Shown here in pieces: positions 27,214 through 34,119 of a stretch of 34,119 bases of DNA. Source of the DNA: an uncultured bacterium (GTDB taxonomy: Bacteria > Patescibacteriota > Minisyncoccia > Phycocordibacterales > UBA9973); the NCBI GenBank assembly GCA_903907175.1, contig CAIVNB010000069.1, forward strand, positions 1-34,119. The letters run 5' to 3'. A program made the translations under genes and the position numbers. The first letter of the stretch is position 1; every line of letters starts with the position of its first letter. The notes beneath the pieces are model-generated. The model searched no databases and had not been told where the DNA came from. It worked only from the letters and a program-made list of their open reading frames with translations.

Positions 27214-27823
27214 GAATTTTTTTTCTTAAATTTTTTATATGCACGTCGACGGTATTACTAAATGAAGAATCTGCAAAATCCCATGCATGTGAATAAAGAT
27301 CATCTCGAGTAATTACTTTGTTATGGTTTCTCATTAGATATTCTAACACCATAAATTCTTTCAAGGTAAGAGATATCGGTTTATTTTTATAAGTTACAAC
27401 TCTTCCCGTTGTATTAATACTGATATCTTTATGTGTAAGTATGATTGGTGCAGACTGTTTTGGTCGACGTAAAAGTGCTTTAATGCGAGCAAGAAGTTCT
27501 TTAAAAGCAAACGGCTTTGCCAAATAATCATCTGCCCCTGCATTAAGACCTCGAACTTTATCATCTGTAGTGTCTAATGCTGTAAGCATTAATATTGGAA
27601 TAACTATCTCATTCTCACGCCAACTATTACATACAGATACACCATCTTTGCCAGGAAGCATTCTATCAAGAACAATAAGATCATATTCATCACGATTAAT
27701 AAGTATCCTGCGTTCTGCAACAAGTCCATCCTCTATGATATCAACAGCATACCCTTCTTGCATAAGGCCTTGCTTGAGGTTTTCAGCTAATTTTGTATTA
27801 TCTTCAACAACTAATATTTTCAT
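27155..27823 (-). CDS. OmpR/PhoB-family response regulator
   Basis: MKILVVED, LDRMLPGKDG, LTA, GADDYLAKPF, VDVHIKNLRKK, TIRGVGY. Confidence 0.96.
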   Translation of the reverse strand: MKILVVEDNTKLAENLKQGLMQEGYAVDIIEDGLVAERRILINRDEYDLIVLDRMLPGKDGVSVCNSWRENEIVIPILMLTALDTTDDKVRGLNAGADDYLAKPFAFKELLARIKALLRRPKQSAPIILTHKDISINTTGRVVTYKNKPISLTLKEFMVLEYLMRNHNKVITRDDLYSHAWDFADSSFSNTVDVHIKNLRKKIHDNGKIIQTIRGVGYKMEN

Positions 27824-27829
27824 ACTATT

Positions 27830-27863
27830 ATGATAGCACTTTAAAAGTGAAATCTTCATGAAG
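27830..27863 (-). promoter_or_regulatory. Leaderless promoter TGCTATCAT with upstream box CTTCAT-N4-ATTTCAC (putative autoregulation)
   Basis: -10 at 27830-27835, 6 nt before ATG 27823; box at 27847-27863. Confidence 0.65.
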
Positions 27864-27877
27864 TTTATCTAGTTCTG

Positions 27878-28882
27878 TTATTTTAAATATTTAAGTATAT
27901 TTGCTTGGTGTTCTTCGTAAGTAACTGCACAATGAGTTATACGTTCTTTATCATGAAGATAGTATAAACAATCTGTTTTAGTTGGGTTCAATACTGCCTC
28001 TATCGCGGGTATCCCAGGATTTGAAATTGGATGAGGAGGAAGTCCAGCATTTTTATAAGTATTATATGCTGAGGTTGTTTTCTTATCGGCAATGGTTATT
28101 GGCGCCCACCAACCATTACCCTTATTTCCACGAACATATTGAAGCGTCGCATCGACAGAAAGTGGAATTTTTTGATTAAGACGATTTAATAAAATTCCAG
28201 CAATGAGTGGCATGTCGGCATCATTCGCAGCTTCACGTTGCACTATCGAGGCTAGGGTTAATCCTTTTGTCCATTGTATGTTTTGACTTTGGAAACGAGG
28301 CAAATACGTTGCAAATTTTTCGTTAAACCTAGCTACCAATCTATTCGCCACCAGAAGAGATGTTTCTGCAACTGGAATTAAATAAGTATCAGGAAAATAA
28401 ACTCCTTCAATGTAATCAAATTTCATTTTTGTATATTTATTTATCCAATTACTTTTTTGCAACTTCGTCCAGCCTAAATTAGTAGCTAAAAGTTCAGAAA
28501 TCTCCTCTTTGCGTAACCCTGGGGGGATAACCACCCATTTCATATATGGTTTGCCATGCAATATTTTAGAAATACTATTTACAGTCATTCCTACACTAAT
28601 CTTATATGCTCCAGGTACTATGTCCCCTTTTGTTTTTGAAAATATTGAAATAAAATTATTTTTATCGCTAATATACTTCTGATCCAAAAGACTTTGAGTA
28701 ATTTGATCAAAAGTATAATTAAGTGGTACAACAAATTTATCAGGAGCAACGACAGGAGTGTTTGTCACTACTGTATTTTGTGAGACAGTTTGCGCATTAA
28801 CAGTTAAAATACCTATAAAAAATAAGGCTGCAGTTGCAAATAAAATAAAAAAACCTTCATATGTTTTTTGTGTAATTTTCAT
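27878..28882 (-). CDS. mltG: Endolytic transglycosylase MltG (YceG family)
   Basis: IPPGLR, EGVYFPDTY, LASIVQREA, NRL, DATLQY, YNTYKNAGLPPHPISNPG. Confidence 0.92.
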   Translation of the reverse strand: MKITQKTYEGFFILFATAALFFIGILTVNAQTVSQNTVVTNTPVVAPDKFVVPLNYTFDQITQSLLDQKYISDKNNFISIFSKTKGDIVPGAYKISVGMTVNSISKILHGKPYMKWVVIPPGLRKEEISELLATNLGWTKLQKSNWINKYTKMKFDYIEGVYFPDTYLIPVAETSLLVANRLVARFNEKFATYLPRFQSQNIQWTKGLTLASIVQREAANDADMPLIAGILLNRLNQKIPLSVDATLQYVRGNKGNGWWAPITIADKKTTSAYNTYKNAGLPPHPISNPGIPAIEAVLNPTKTDCLYYLHDKERITHCAVTYEEHQANILKYLK

Positions 28883-28963
28883 CGAATTTGTATTATAGCA
28901 AAATAAAGCAAAATCTGTATAAAAAATTACACTAGACTAGATTAACCAAAAAATCTTTAAAAA

Positions 28964-30961
28964 CTACTGAGCATTTACTGTTTGGGTGGGAAAAGGTAAA
29001 TTCAAAAACCCATAACTATTATACCAGTCATTCGTGTAAGGACCATTAAAATTATTGTGTACATTGGGAAAAGATTCAGACATGTCAGACCATAAAAAAT
29101 TATAATAACTAACCAAAGAAGAGTCTAGCCCTGTTTTAGATAAACCATAATAAAAACTTGAAAATGATGTTTTTAAATATCTGCCTCCAGACAATAAATC
29201 AGTGTCTGAAGGGATGTTGGTTGTAATAGAAGCAGAAGTAGAAGATGAATTCAAATTATTAACATAAGCTTTTAGTGTATATGTATGAGTTTCTCCCGCA
29301 GGAATCACTTCTTCCTGTTCAAATGTCAAAACAATTGTATTTGTTGTACCTGTCCCTATCCCAAGATCTATCGTTAATGGAGAAAAACTAGACCCCATTA
29401 CACTACCAATGGAAACTGAATTTGAATAATCATTTTTATCTTTAAGGAGAGAAAATTTATTCAACCGAAGATTATAATTACTTGGATCACTGAGTGTCAC
29501 AAGGAAGGTTACTTGCTTAAAAGATATACTTCCGTTTGGATCAGAACTTACATTAAATGTATATAGATTTATGTTTGAACCACTTCTAACACTTGAATTG
29601 GTAGAGGCAATATATGCAACAGTTGGAACACTATTAAATAAATAAAGACCATTTACAGTAACTCCGCTCGATGGCAATCCAAGACTATTAGTAGGGGCAC
29701 TGTAGTTAATATAATCCGTGGCAACTCCATATGTTAATATCCCTGTACTATTTGTAGCTTTAGTATAAATTAAAACTGGAGCAACATTTATATTTGTACT
29801 GCTAGAATCAATTGTCTTATTTAAATCATAATTAATTGTTATATATTTTGATGAATTCATGGGGACAGAAATATTAGTTAGAAAATCAAAAGTCGAATTA
29901 TTACTATTATAGTCATTTTTCAACACCGCAGTTGCCAATACATTTTGATTACCAGAATCTACTAAAGTAACATTTGATATTACAGCAGTATTTTTTAAAT
30001 TTGGGATAGCGAATTTTAATTCAGATACAACATAAGAATCAGCGCTAGCAGTAAGTTGGAATTTGCCAGCAATAATTTTTTTATTAACTACAGAAAATCT
30101 TACAGTAGGAGTTGTGCCATCTTGGTATGCTGACAGAGCACCTGCGCCAATAGTAATACTCTGTCCTGGAAATAAAACATTTAAATTAGAGTAAACATTA
30201 GAAGAAGAAGCCGCAGATGTTCCTGATATTAATAAATTAGAATTAATAATTGACCCTAGTGGTGTTGAAGAATTAATATCCCCATAAATTGATATTTCGA
30301 TGGATTGACCTACTGGCAATTTAAAATTTATTGCCCAAAAATTATCATCATTCGCTATATCAGAGATAGAGGTTTTATTATCTCCATAAACAGCATACAA
30401 ATTTGAAACATATAAATTCATCAAATATTGATTAGAACTAACATTAAAACCAGCTTCTATTTTATTTAAATTTATATCTTCCGTCGTATTATTTTTTAAA
30501 AAAAAATTAGCTAATTTAACCTTCACCCTAGGAACAGAAACTGACTGGTTAGAATAAGATCCCCCTAATGCTAAATCTAATGAACCGCTGAAAGGCACAA
30601 CCACAGCCGGAACGACTGAAGGAGAAGGAATGTTTGCTACTGCATTTGTTGGGCTAATCGTATTTGAAGATTTTAGTTTATTAGCAACAATTAAAGCTGC
30701 TTTAGTACGGCTAGCCTTACCAAAAGAACCATCAGAAGATAGGCCATTGGCTAGCTGAAATGCCTTAACTGCACTTAGTGTAGCTGGGCCATACTTTCCA
30801 TCTACTTTGCCTTTTAAAAAAGCCTGAGTCTGTAAAAAAATTTGAAGTTCTGTAACAGCAGAACCGCGAGATCCATATTTTAAACTTACATCAAAAGAAG
30901 CAAATGATAAATTTGGCAAGAAAATACTAAATACAAAAACAACCAACAAAATCTTCTTCAT
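28964..30961 (-). CDS. Secreted surface protein with an N-terminal peptidoglycan-binding domain and Ser/Asn/Thr-rich beta-sandwich region
   Basis: Signal peptide; LKYGSRGSAVTELQIFL..DGKYGPATLSAVKAFQ..GL..DG (PG_binding_1). Confidence 0.85.
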   Translation of the reverse strand: MKKILLVVFVFSIFLPNLSFASFDVSLKYGSRGSAVTELQIFLQTQAFLKGKVDGKYGPATLSAVKAFQLANGLSSDGSFGKASRTKAALIVANKLKSSNTISPTNAVANIPSPSVVPAVVVPFSGSLDLALGGSYSNQSVSVPRVKVKLANFFLKNNTTEDINLNKIEAGFNVSSNQYLMNLYVSNLYAVYGDNKTSISDIANDDNFWAINFKLPVGQSIEISIYGDINSSTPLGSIINSNLLISGTSAASSSNVYSNLNVLFPGQSITIGAGALSAYQDGTTPTVRFSVVNKKIIAGKFQLTASADSYVVSELKFAIPNLKNTAVISNVTLVDSGNQNVLATAVLKNDYNSNNSTFDFLTNISVPMNSSKYITINYDLNKTIDSSSTNINVAPVLIYTKATNSTGILTYGVATDYINYSAPTNSLGLPSSGVTVNGLYLFNSVPTVAYIASTNSSVRSGSNINLYTFNVSSDPNGSISFKQVTFLVTLSDPSNYNLRLNKFSLLKDKNDYSNSVSIGSVMGSSFSPLTIDLGIGTGTTNTIVLTFEQEEVIPAGETHTYTLKAYVNNLNSSSTSASITTNIPSDTDLLSGGRYLKTSFSSFYYGLSKTGLDSSLVSYYNFLWSDMSESFPNVHNNFNGPYTNDWYNSYGFLNLPFPTQTVNAQ

Positions 30962-30978
30962 ACTTATAATAATACCAA

Positions 30979-31001
30979 AAAATCGCCTTACAAGCGATTT
31001 T
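30979..31001 (-). terminator. Probable intrinsic terminator after the 320-aa hypothetical gene
   Basis: AAAATCGC-CTTACAA-GCGATTTT hairpin with a T-run on the minus strand. Confidence 0.55.
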
Positions 31002-31036
31002 AATGATGCCTATATTCATTTTTCCCACAAAAGAAA

Positions 31037-31999
31037 TTAAAATTTCCCCGGTTGCTCAGTTATCTTGTCTACCATATTCTTTGTATCCCCAATCCCCATA
31101 AAGTTCGCAGCTCGTGACTCAGCTCCATCTTCTTCTTTTTGCATTTTTACAATTTTTTCTCTTTGCTCAGGCGTCTCAACTCTAATGATATTTCTTAAAT
31201 CTAATTCAATTTTTTCTTCACCTCCTTTAATTATTGCAGTTATTATTGGTCCACGTTCCTTGAGCTCTTTTTTCTTTTTTTCTTCAAATAATTCTCTTTC
31301 TTGAAAAGATCTTTCGCTGCCTTCTTTGTATGGCAAAAGCCCTGATGTCTCACTAAATTCCTTATCTCTCTTTATTTTACCGTTCTCCCATATTTTTTGT
31401 TCTTCCTCAACAGTAGGTGTATGGATATTATAAATTTTATAGAAATTACCATTACTATAAACTTCATCACCTGGTTCTAATGGTTTTTCTTTTAACTTTT
31501 CAGTAGGTTTCCCAATTTCTTTTTTACTGTCATCTTCAGCTTCTTCATCTTCGGGTTTAACATTTTCGGTCGTGTCTGGTTGCTTTGATATTTTTGAACC
31601 ATCCTTTTCTTCTACTTCCTCATAATCGACATCTTCAACATTTGCTTTTTCTGTAGCAATATTTTTCATTTCCTCTTGGCCAGACTGTATTATTTCTGAT
31701 TTCTGTTTTTCAAGGTCACCTAATTTATTCTTAAGAGTAGCAATTTCTTCAGGAGTACAGGAATCCAAATCTAAATTATTAACTCTTTGTTCAAACTTAA
31801 CAATCTCACCCTTAGCTGATTCAGTTGATTGTTCTTTTGTTGTATTTAATTTATTATTAAAATATTCTAACGCTTTAAATTTTCTGTCAAAAAAAGATTG
31901 GTCCTCAACACCAAGTTCCCATGGGCGCTTTGTTGTCTCAGAATTAGTTTCATTTTTATTGATTTCCAAATTTTTTTCATTCTTAATTTGTTCATTCAT
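31037..31999 (-). CDS. Hypothetical highly charged (E/K-rich) protein
   Basis: 320 aa ORF with coiled-coil and low-complexity character; no motif recognised. Confidence 0.7.
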   Translation of the reverse strand: MNEQIKNEKNLEINKNETNSETTKRPWELGVEDQSFFDRKFKALEYFNNKLNTTKEQSTESAKGEIVKFEQRVNNLDLDSCTPEEIATLKNKLGDLEKQKSEIIQSGQEEMKNIATEKANVEDVDYEEVEEKDGSKISKQPDTTENVKPEDEEAEDDSKKEIGKPTEKLKEKPLEPGDEVYSNGNFYKIYNIHTPTVEEEQKIWENGKIKRDKEFSETSGLLPYKEGSERSFQERELFEEKKKKELKERGPIITAIIKGGEEKIELDLRNIIRVETPEQREKIVKMQKEEDGAESRAANFMGIGDTKNMVDKITEQPGKF

Positions 32000-32014
32000 A
32001 TAATTTGTCTAAAA

Positions 32015-32197
32015 CTAATTTAATAATAATTTTCTAATTTGTTCAATTTTCTCTTGTTCTTTTTGCTTTAAATAATCTGACACAATGTTTTTTTGTTCTT
32101 GTTCAAGTATTTTAATTTTAGACGTTGTATCATTATAAATAGCCTCAATTTTTTGGAGAGTTTCTCCTTCATTTTTATCTAATTGGCTATTATTCAT
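32015..32197 (-). CDS. Small coiled-coil hypothetical protein
   Basis: 60 aa ORF with TGATATACT 6 nt before its ATG; ends 15 nt before the next gene. Confidence 0.65.
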   Translation of the reverse strand: MNNSQLDKNEGETLQKIEAIYNDTTSKIKILEQEQKNIVSDYLKQKEQEKIEQIRKLLLN

Positions 32198-32332
32198 AGA
32201 TAGAGTATATCACAAAAAACCTTATAAAACAATTCCAAATACCCCCAATAGCCCTAAAATTAAGGCTTAAATATCAATGCGCGACCTAGTGGACGAAGTG
32301 AGAACTGCGATACGCAACCATAATGGTTATAT

Positions 32333-33364
32333 TTATATACCAGTTTTAGGCAAAAAGCTAGAAGCACTTGAAACCGCATAGCTTTCAATCTTACTTTTCA
32401 GCTTCTTGGCGTTGCCGTGGCTTACTAGCCCAAGATAGGATTGTATTGTTTCTGGCTTACCTTTTCGCCTCTCTATACCCCTAAACATCCTCTGTTTTGT
32501 AATAGTCCTAACCACTCTATGATCGGGAAATAAAACCCAGCCCAGAAAGTCCACGCCCGAGGCAACTGTGCTTATAGATACTTTTTTCGGATGCAGGTGG
32601 AGATTGAGTTCATTTTCAAGAAAATCTTTTATCTTGGGCAACATATCTACAAGCGACTGCTTATCATCCGATAAAATCACAAAATCATCGGCATAGCGAA
32701 TATAGTATTTTGCCTTAATTTTATGCTTCATAAACTGGTCAAACTTATTCATATAAATGTTTATAAATAATTGTGAGGTAAGATTACCAAGCGGAAGACC
32801 TTTACCCTTTTCGGTAGAATAAAAACTGCTGATAATCTCGTAGAGCAAAGAAACAATGTCAGTGTCTGGTATATAACTCTTTATCATTTCAAGCATCACC
32901 CCTTGGTCAATTGAAGCGAAAAACTTTCTTATATCTCCTTTCAAAACCCAAGCCGTTCTCGTATGATTTTTTGATACTTTGTAGGCAAACTTTCTAAACC
33001 TATCTATTGCTTTGTGTGTTCCCTTATTTACTCTGCAAGAATAGGAGTCGGCAATAAATGTCCTATCAAAAAATGGATACAGCACTCGGTAAATAGCGTG
33101 ATGTAATAATCGGTCCCGAACTTTTGCTTTATGTATATCTCTGGGTTTGGGGTCTGAAATCTTAAATGCTTCATATTCAGAATGTTTGTATGTTTTATTC
33201 ACTAGGTCCTGGTGAAGTGAAATTATATTAGCCATCAGATTTCTCTCAAACTCCTGCACATCTTTGCGAGATTTTTTGCCAACCTTAAACTCTTCCCACG
33301 CAGAGAGCAAGTTGTCTAACCAAATGATATAGTCATAATTATGAACAAGTTGAATGCGGGACAT
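32333..33364 (-). CDS. DGR-type reverse transcriptase
   Basis: KPRDI, RDRLLHHA, SYSCRVNKGTH, LKGDIRKFFASID, GLPLGNLTSQ (DGR-type SQ motif), YIRYADDF, VDFLGW; 343 aa with no maturase or endonuclease domain. Confidence 0.93.
   Translation of the reverse strand: MSRIQLVHNYDYIIWLDNLLSAWEEFKVGKKSRKDVQEFERNLMANIISLHQDLVNKTYKHSEYEAFKISDPKPRDIHKAKVRDRLLHHAIYRVLYPFFDRTFIADSYSCRVNKGTHKAIDRFRKFAYKVSKNHTRTAWVLKGDIRKFFASIDQGVMLEMIKSYIPDTDIVSLLYEIISSFYSTEKGKGLPLGNLTSQLFINIYMNKFDQFMKHKIKAKYYIRYADDFVILSDDKQSLVDMLPKIKDFLENELNLHLHPKKVSISTVASGVDFLGWVLFPDHRVVRTITKQRMFRGIERRKGKPETIQSYLGLVSHGNAKKLKSKIESYAVSSASSFLPKTGI
33325..33333 (+). promoter_or_regulatory. Extended -10 (TGATATAGT) leaderless promoter for avd, located inside the RT gene
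   Basis: 7 nt before ATG 33341, the same geometry as host promoters in this window. Confidence 0.6.
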
Positions 33365-33760
33365 ATTATTTATTCTACCCCCCCCCCCCCGCTTTTGCCA
33401 CTACTGGCAAAAGCGAAAAGCTGTTATTTACAGTGGATTACTTTTTACGAAACTTTGCCAAAAATCCACAAATATACTCTAGGGCAAAAGATTGATACTT
33501 TGTTTGTTGAGGTAATAGAGGCAATCTCTATCGCCACCTTTTTATCTCGTGAAGAAAAACAACCGTGGGTCCGACTGGCAATCAGAAAGACAGATACTCT
33601 CAAGATACTTTTGATGGTTTTATGGGAAGCAAAATCTATTGATAATAAAAAGTATCTTGCTTTATCTGTAAAAGTAGAAGAAATAGGAAAGATGCTCGGG
33701 GGTTGGAGTGGACAGCTCGCAAAACAAAACTCTCCCGCAATAAAGACGAGAGAGAAATGA
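33341..33760 (+). CDS. avd: Avd-like four-helix-bundle accessory variability determinant
   Basis: LPKIHKYTLGQKID, LKILL, Y..LS..VEEIGKMLGGW signature; adjacent to the DGR RT and TR. Confidence 0.88.
   Translation: MNKLNAGHIIYSTPPPPLLPLLAKAKSCYLQWITFYETLPKIHKYTLGQKIDTLFVEVIEAISIATFLSREEKQPWVRLAIRKTDTLKILLMVLWEAKSIDNKKYLALSVKVEEIGKMLGGWSGQLAKQNSPAIKTREK
33372..33400 (-). promoter_or_regulatory. Predicted RT promoter TGGCAA-17(AAGC+G13)-TAGAAT, leaderless
   Basis: -10 at 33372-33377 is 7 nt before RT ATG 33364; the spacer 33378-33394 contains the G13 run. The -35 match is weak. Confidence 0.55.
33378..33390. repeat. C13 homopolymer (simple sequence repeat)
   Basis: Thirteen consecutive C encoding TPPPP in Avd; no comparable G/C run was seen elsewhere in the window. 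Confidence 0.9.
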
Positions 33761-33983
33761 AAAGAGTTGCCAAAGCGGAGTGCGGGATTGTTGGAGTTCC
33801 AGTTGTTGTCCAGCCAGTTCCAGTTCACCACAACCTTGCCACCGTTCTCATAGAGATACGGGACATTCAGGTTGCCGTTGCGGTTCTGCACGAAATGTAT
33901 GGGATTTCTTCTAGTTCCACTGCCCTTTGAATACTCTCGGAGCTGTATCGTATTCGGCATAGTAATGCCCTAAAACCCCATAC
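33721..33983 (-). ncRNA. Putative DGR template RNA (structured 5' domain + TR + 3' hairpin/U-tract)
   Basis: -10 TATACT at 33986-33991; 5' multibranch stems at 33897-33983; TR; 9-bp hairpin at 33730-33754 followed by TTTTGTTTT. Confidence 0.6.
33766..33885 (-). repeat. DGR template repeat (TR); boundaries approximate
   Basis: Reads NRNGNLNVPYLYENGGKVVVNWNWLDNNWNSNNPALRFGN. 13 of 40 codons are AAC/AAT, and 32 of its 33 adenines are at codon positions 1-2. Confidence 0.88.
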
Positions 33984-34119
33984 CAAGTATATTCATTTTT
34001 TATGAAGTGCTACATACACCACTCTATTTGAAACCATAGTCGCAAATACTCTCAATGTATGGATACTGGTCTCGGTGGCAGAAAACCTTAATCTTCTACA
34101 TATTCACCTATCACCGATT

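Larger units (their letters stand above)
32277..34119. mobile_element. Left end of a putative integrated element (island or prophage) carrying a DGR
   Basis: Visible GC increase from ~32280; att-like junction TGCGCGACCTAGTGGACGAAGTGAGAAC; DGR genes follow. Confidence 0.5.

Noticed and set aside
28964-29200. Aromatic/Asn-rich C-terminus of the surface protein as the VR
   Set aside because: No nucleotide similarity to the TR is visible at non-adenine positions.
2641-31304. Many short ORFs antisense to or nested in core genes (e.g. 9441-9866, 17366-17701, 18481-18909, 22870-23232)
   Set aside because: They are shadow frames of well-supported genes, with antisense-typical composition and no independent signals.
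32333-33364. RT as a group II intron, retron or CRISPR-associated RT
   Set aside because: It has the SQ motif, small size and adjacent avd and TR. No maturase domain, retron VTG motif, cas genes or array is present.
33445-33960. 171-aa minus-strand ORF as the DGR target gene
   Set aside because: It is the stop-free TR frame fused to antisense avd. The Asn-saturated segment is template-like and internal, not a C-terminal VR.
33992-34119. Possible gene end (..SVIGEYVED*, stop near 34088, minus strand) and a weak CCATA/TATGG hairpin
   Set aside because: Too short and cut by the window edge; it does not resemble the TR, so it cannot be called a target or VR.
1-34119. CRISPR array, rRNA or IS transposase
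   Set aside because: No regularly spaced repeats, rRNA-like stretch or transposase ORF was seen.

Overview
AT-rich bacterial chromosome segment. Compact genes, a short ProRS, a Lys-rich RpoD N-terminus and the surface-protein style suggest a Patescibacteria/CPR (Parcubacteria-like) organism; this is inference. Bases 1-32.2 kb are mostly minus-strand core genes: class II RNR (runs off the left edge), DUF192, a SpeA-like decarboxylase, tgt, mreC, mreB, proS, rpsB-tsf, tRNA-Thr(UGU), a GT2/acyltransferase-3 cassette, DUF378, a DsbA-family gene, a contiguous rpoB-rpoC-dnaG-rpoD block, an OmpR/BaeS-like two-component pair with a downstream secreted protein, mltG and a peptidoglycan-binding surface protein. 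From about 32.28 kb a visibly more GC-rich segment begins at an att-like junction. It carries a diversity-generating retroelement (DGR) core: RT, an Avd-like gene on the opposite strand overlapping RT head-to-head, and an AAC-rich template repeat (TR) inside a structured ncRNA. No variable repeat (VR) or target gene was found in the window. The most striking observation is a single C13/G13 tract that is both in the Avd reading frame and in the 17-bp spacer of the predicted RT promoter, making it a candidate one-step phase-variation switch for the DGR. Other notable signals are pervasive leaderless promoters, a shared response-regulator box, an in-frame palindromic insertion in tgt, and rifampicin-resistance-type residues in RpoB.
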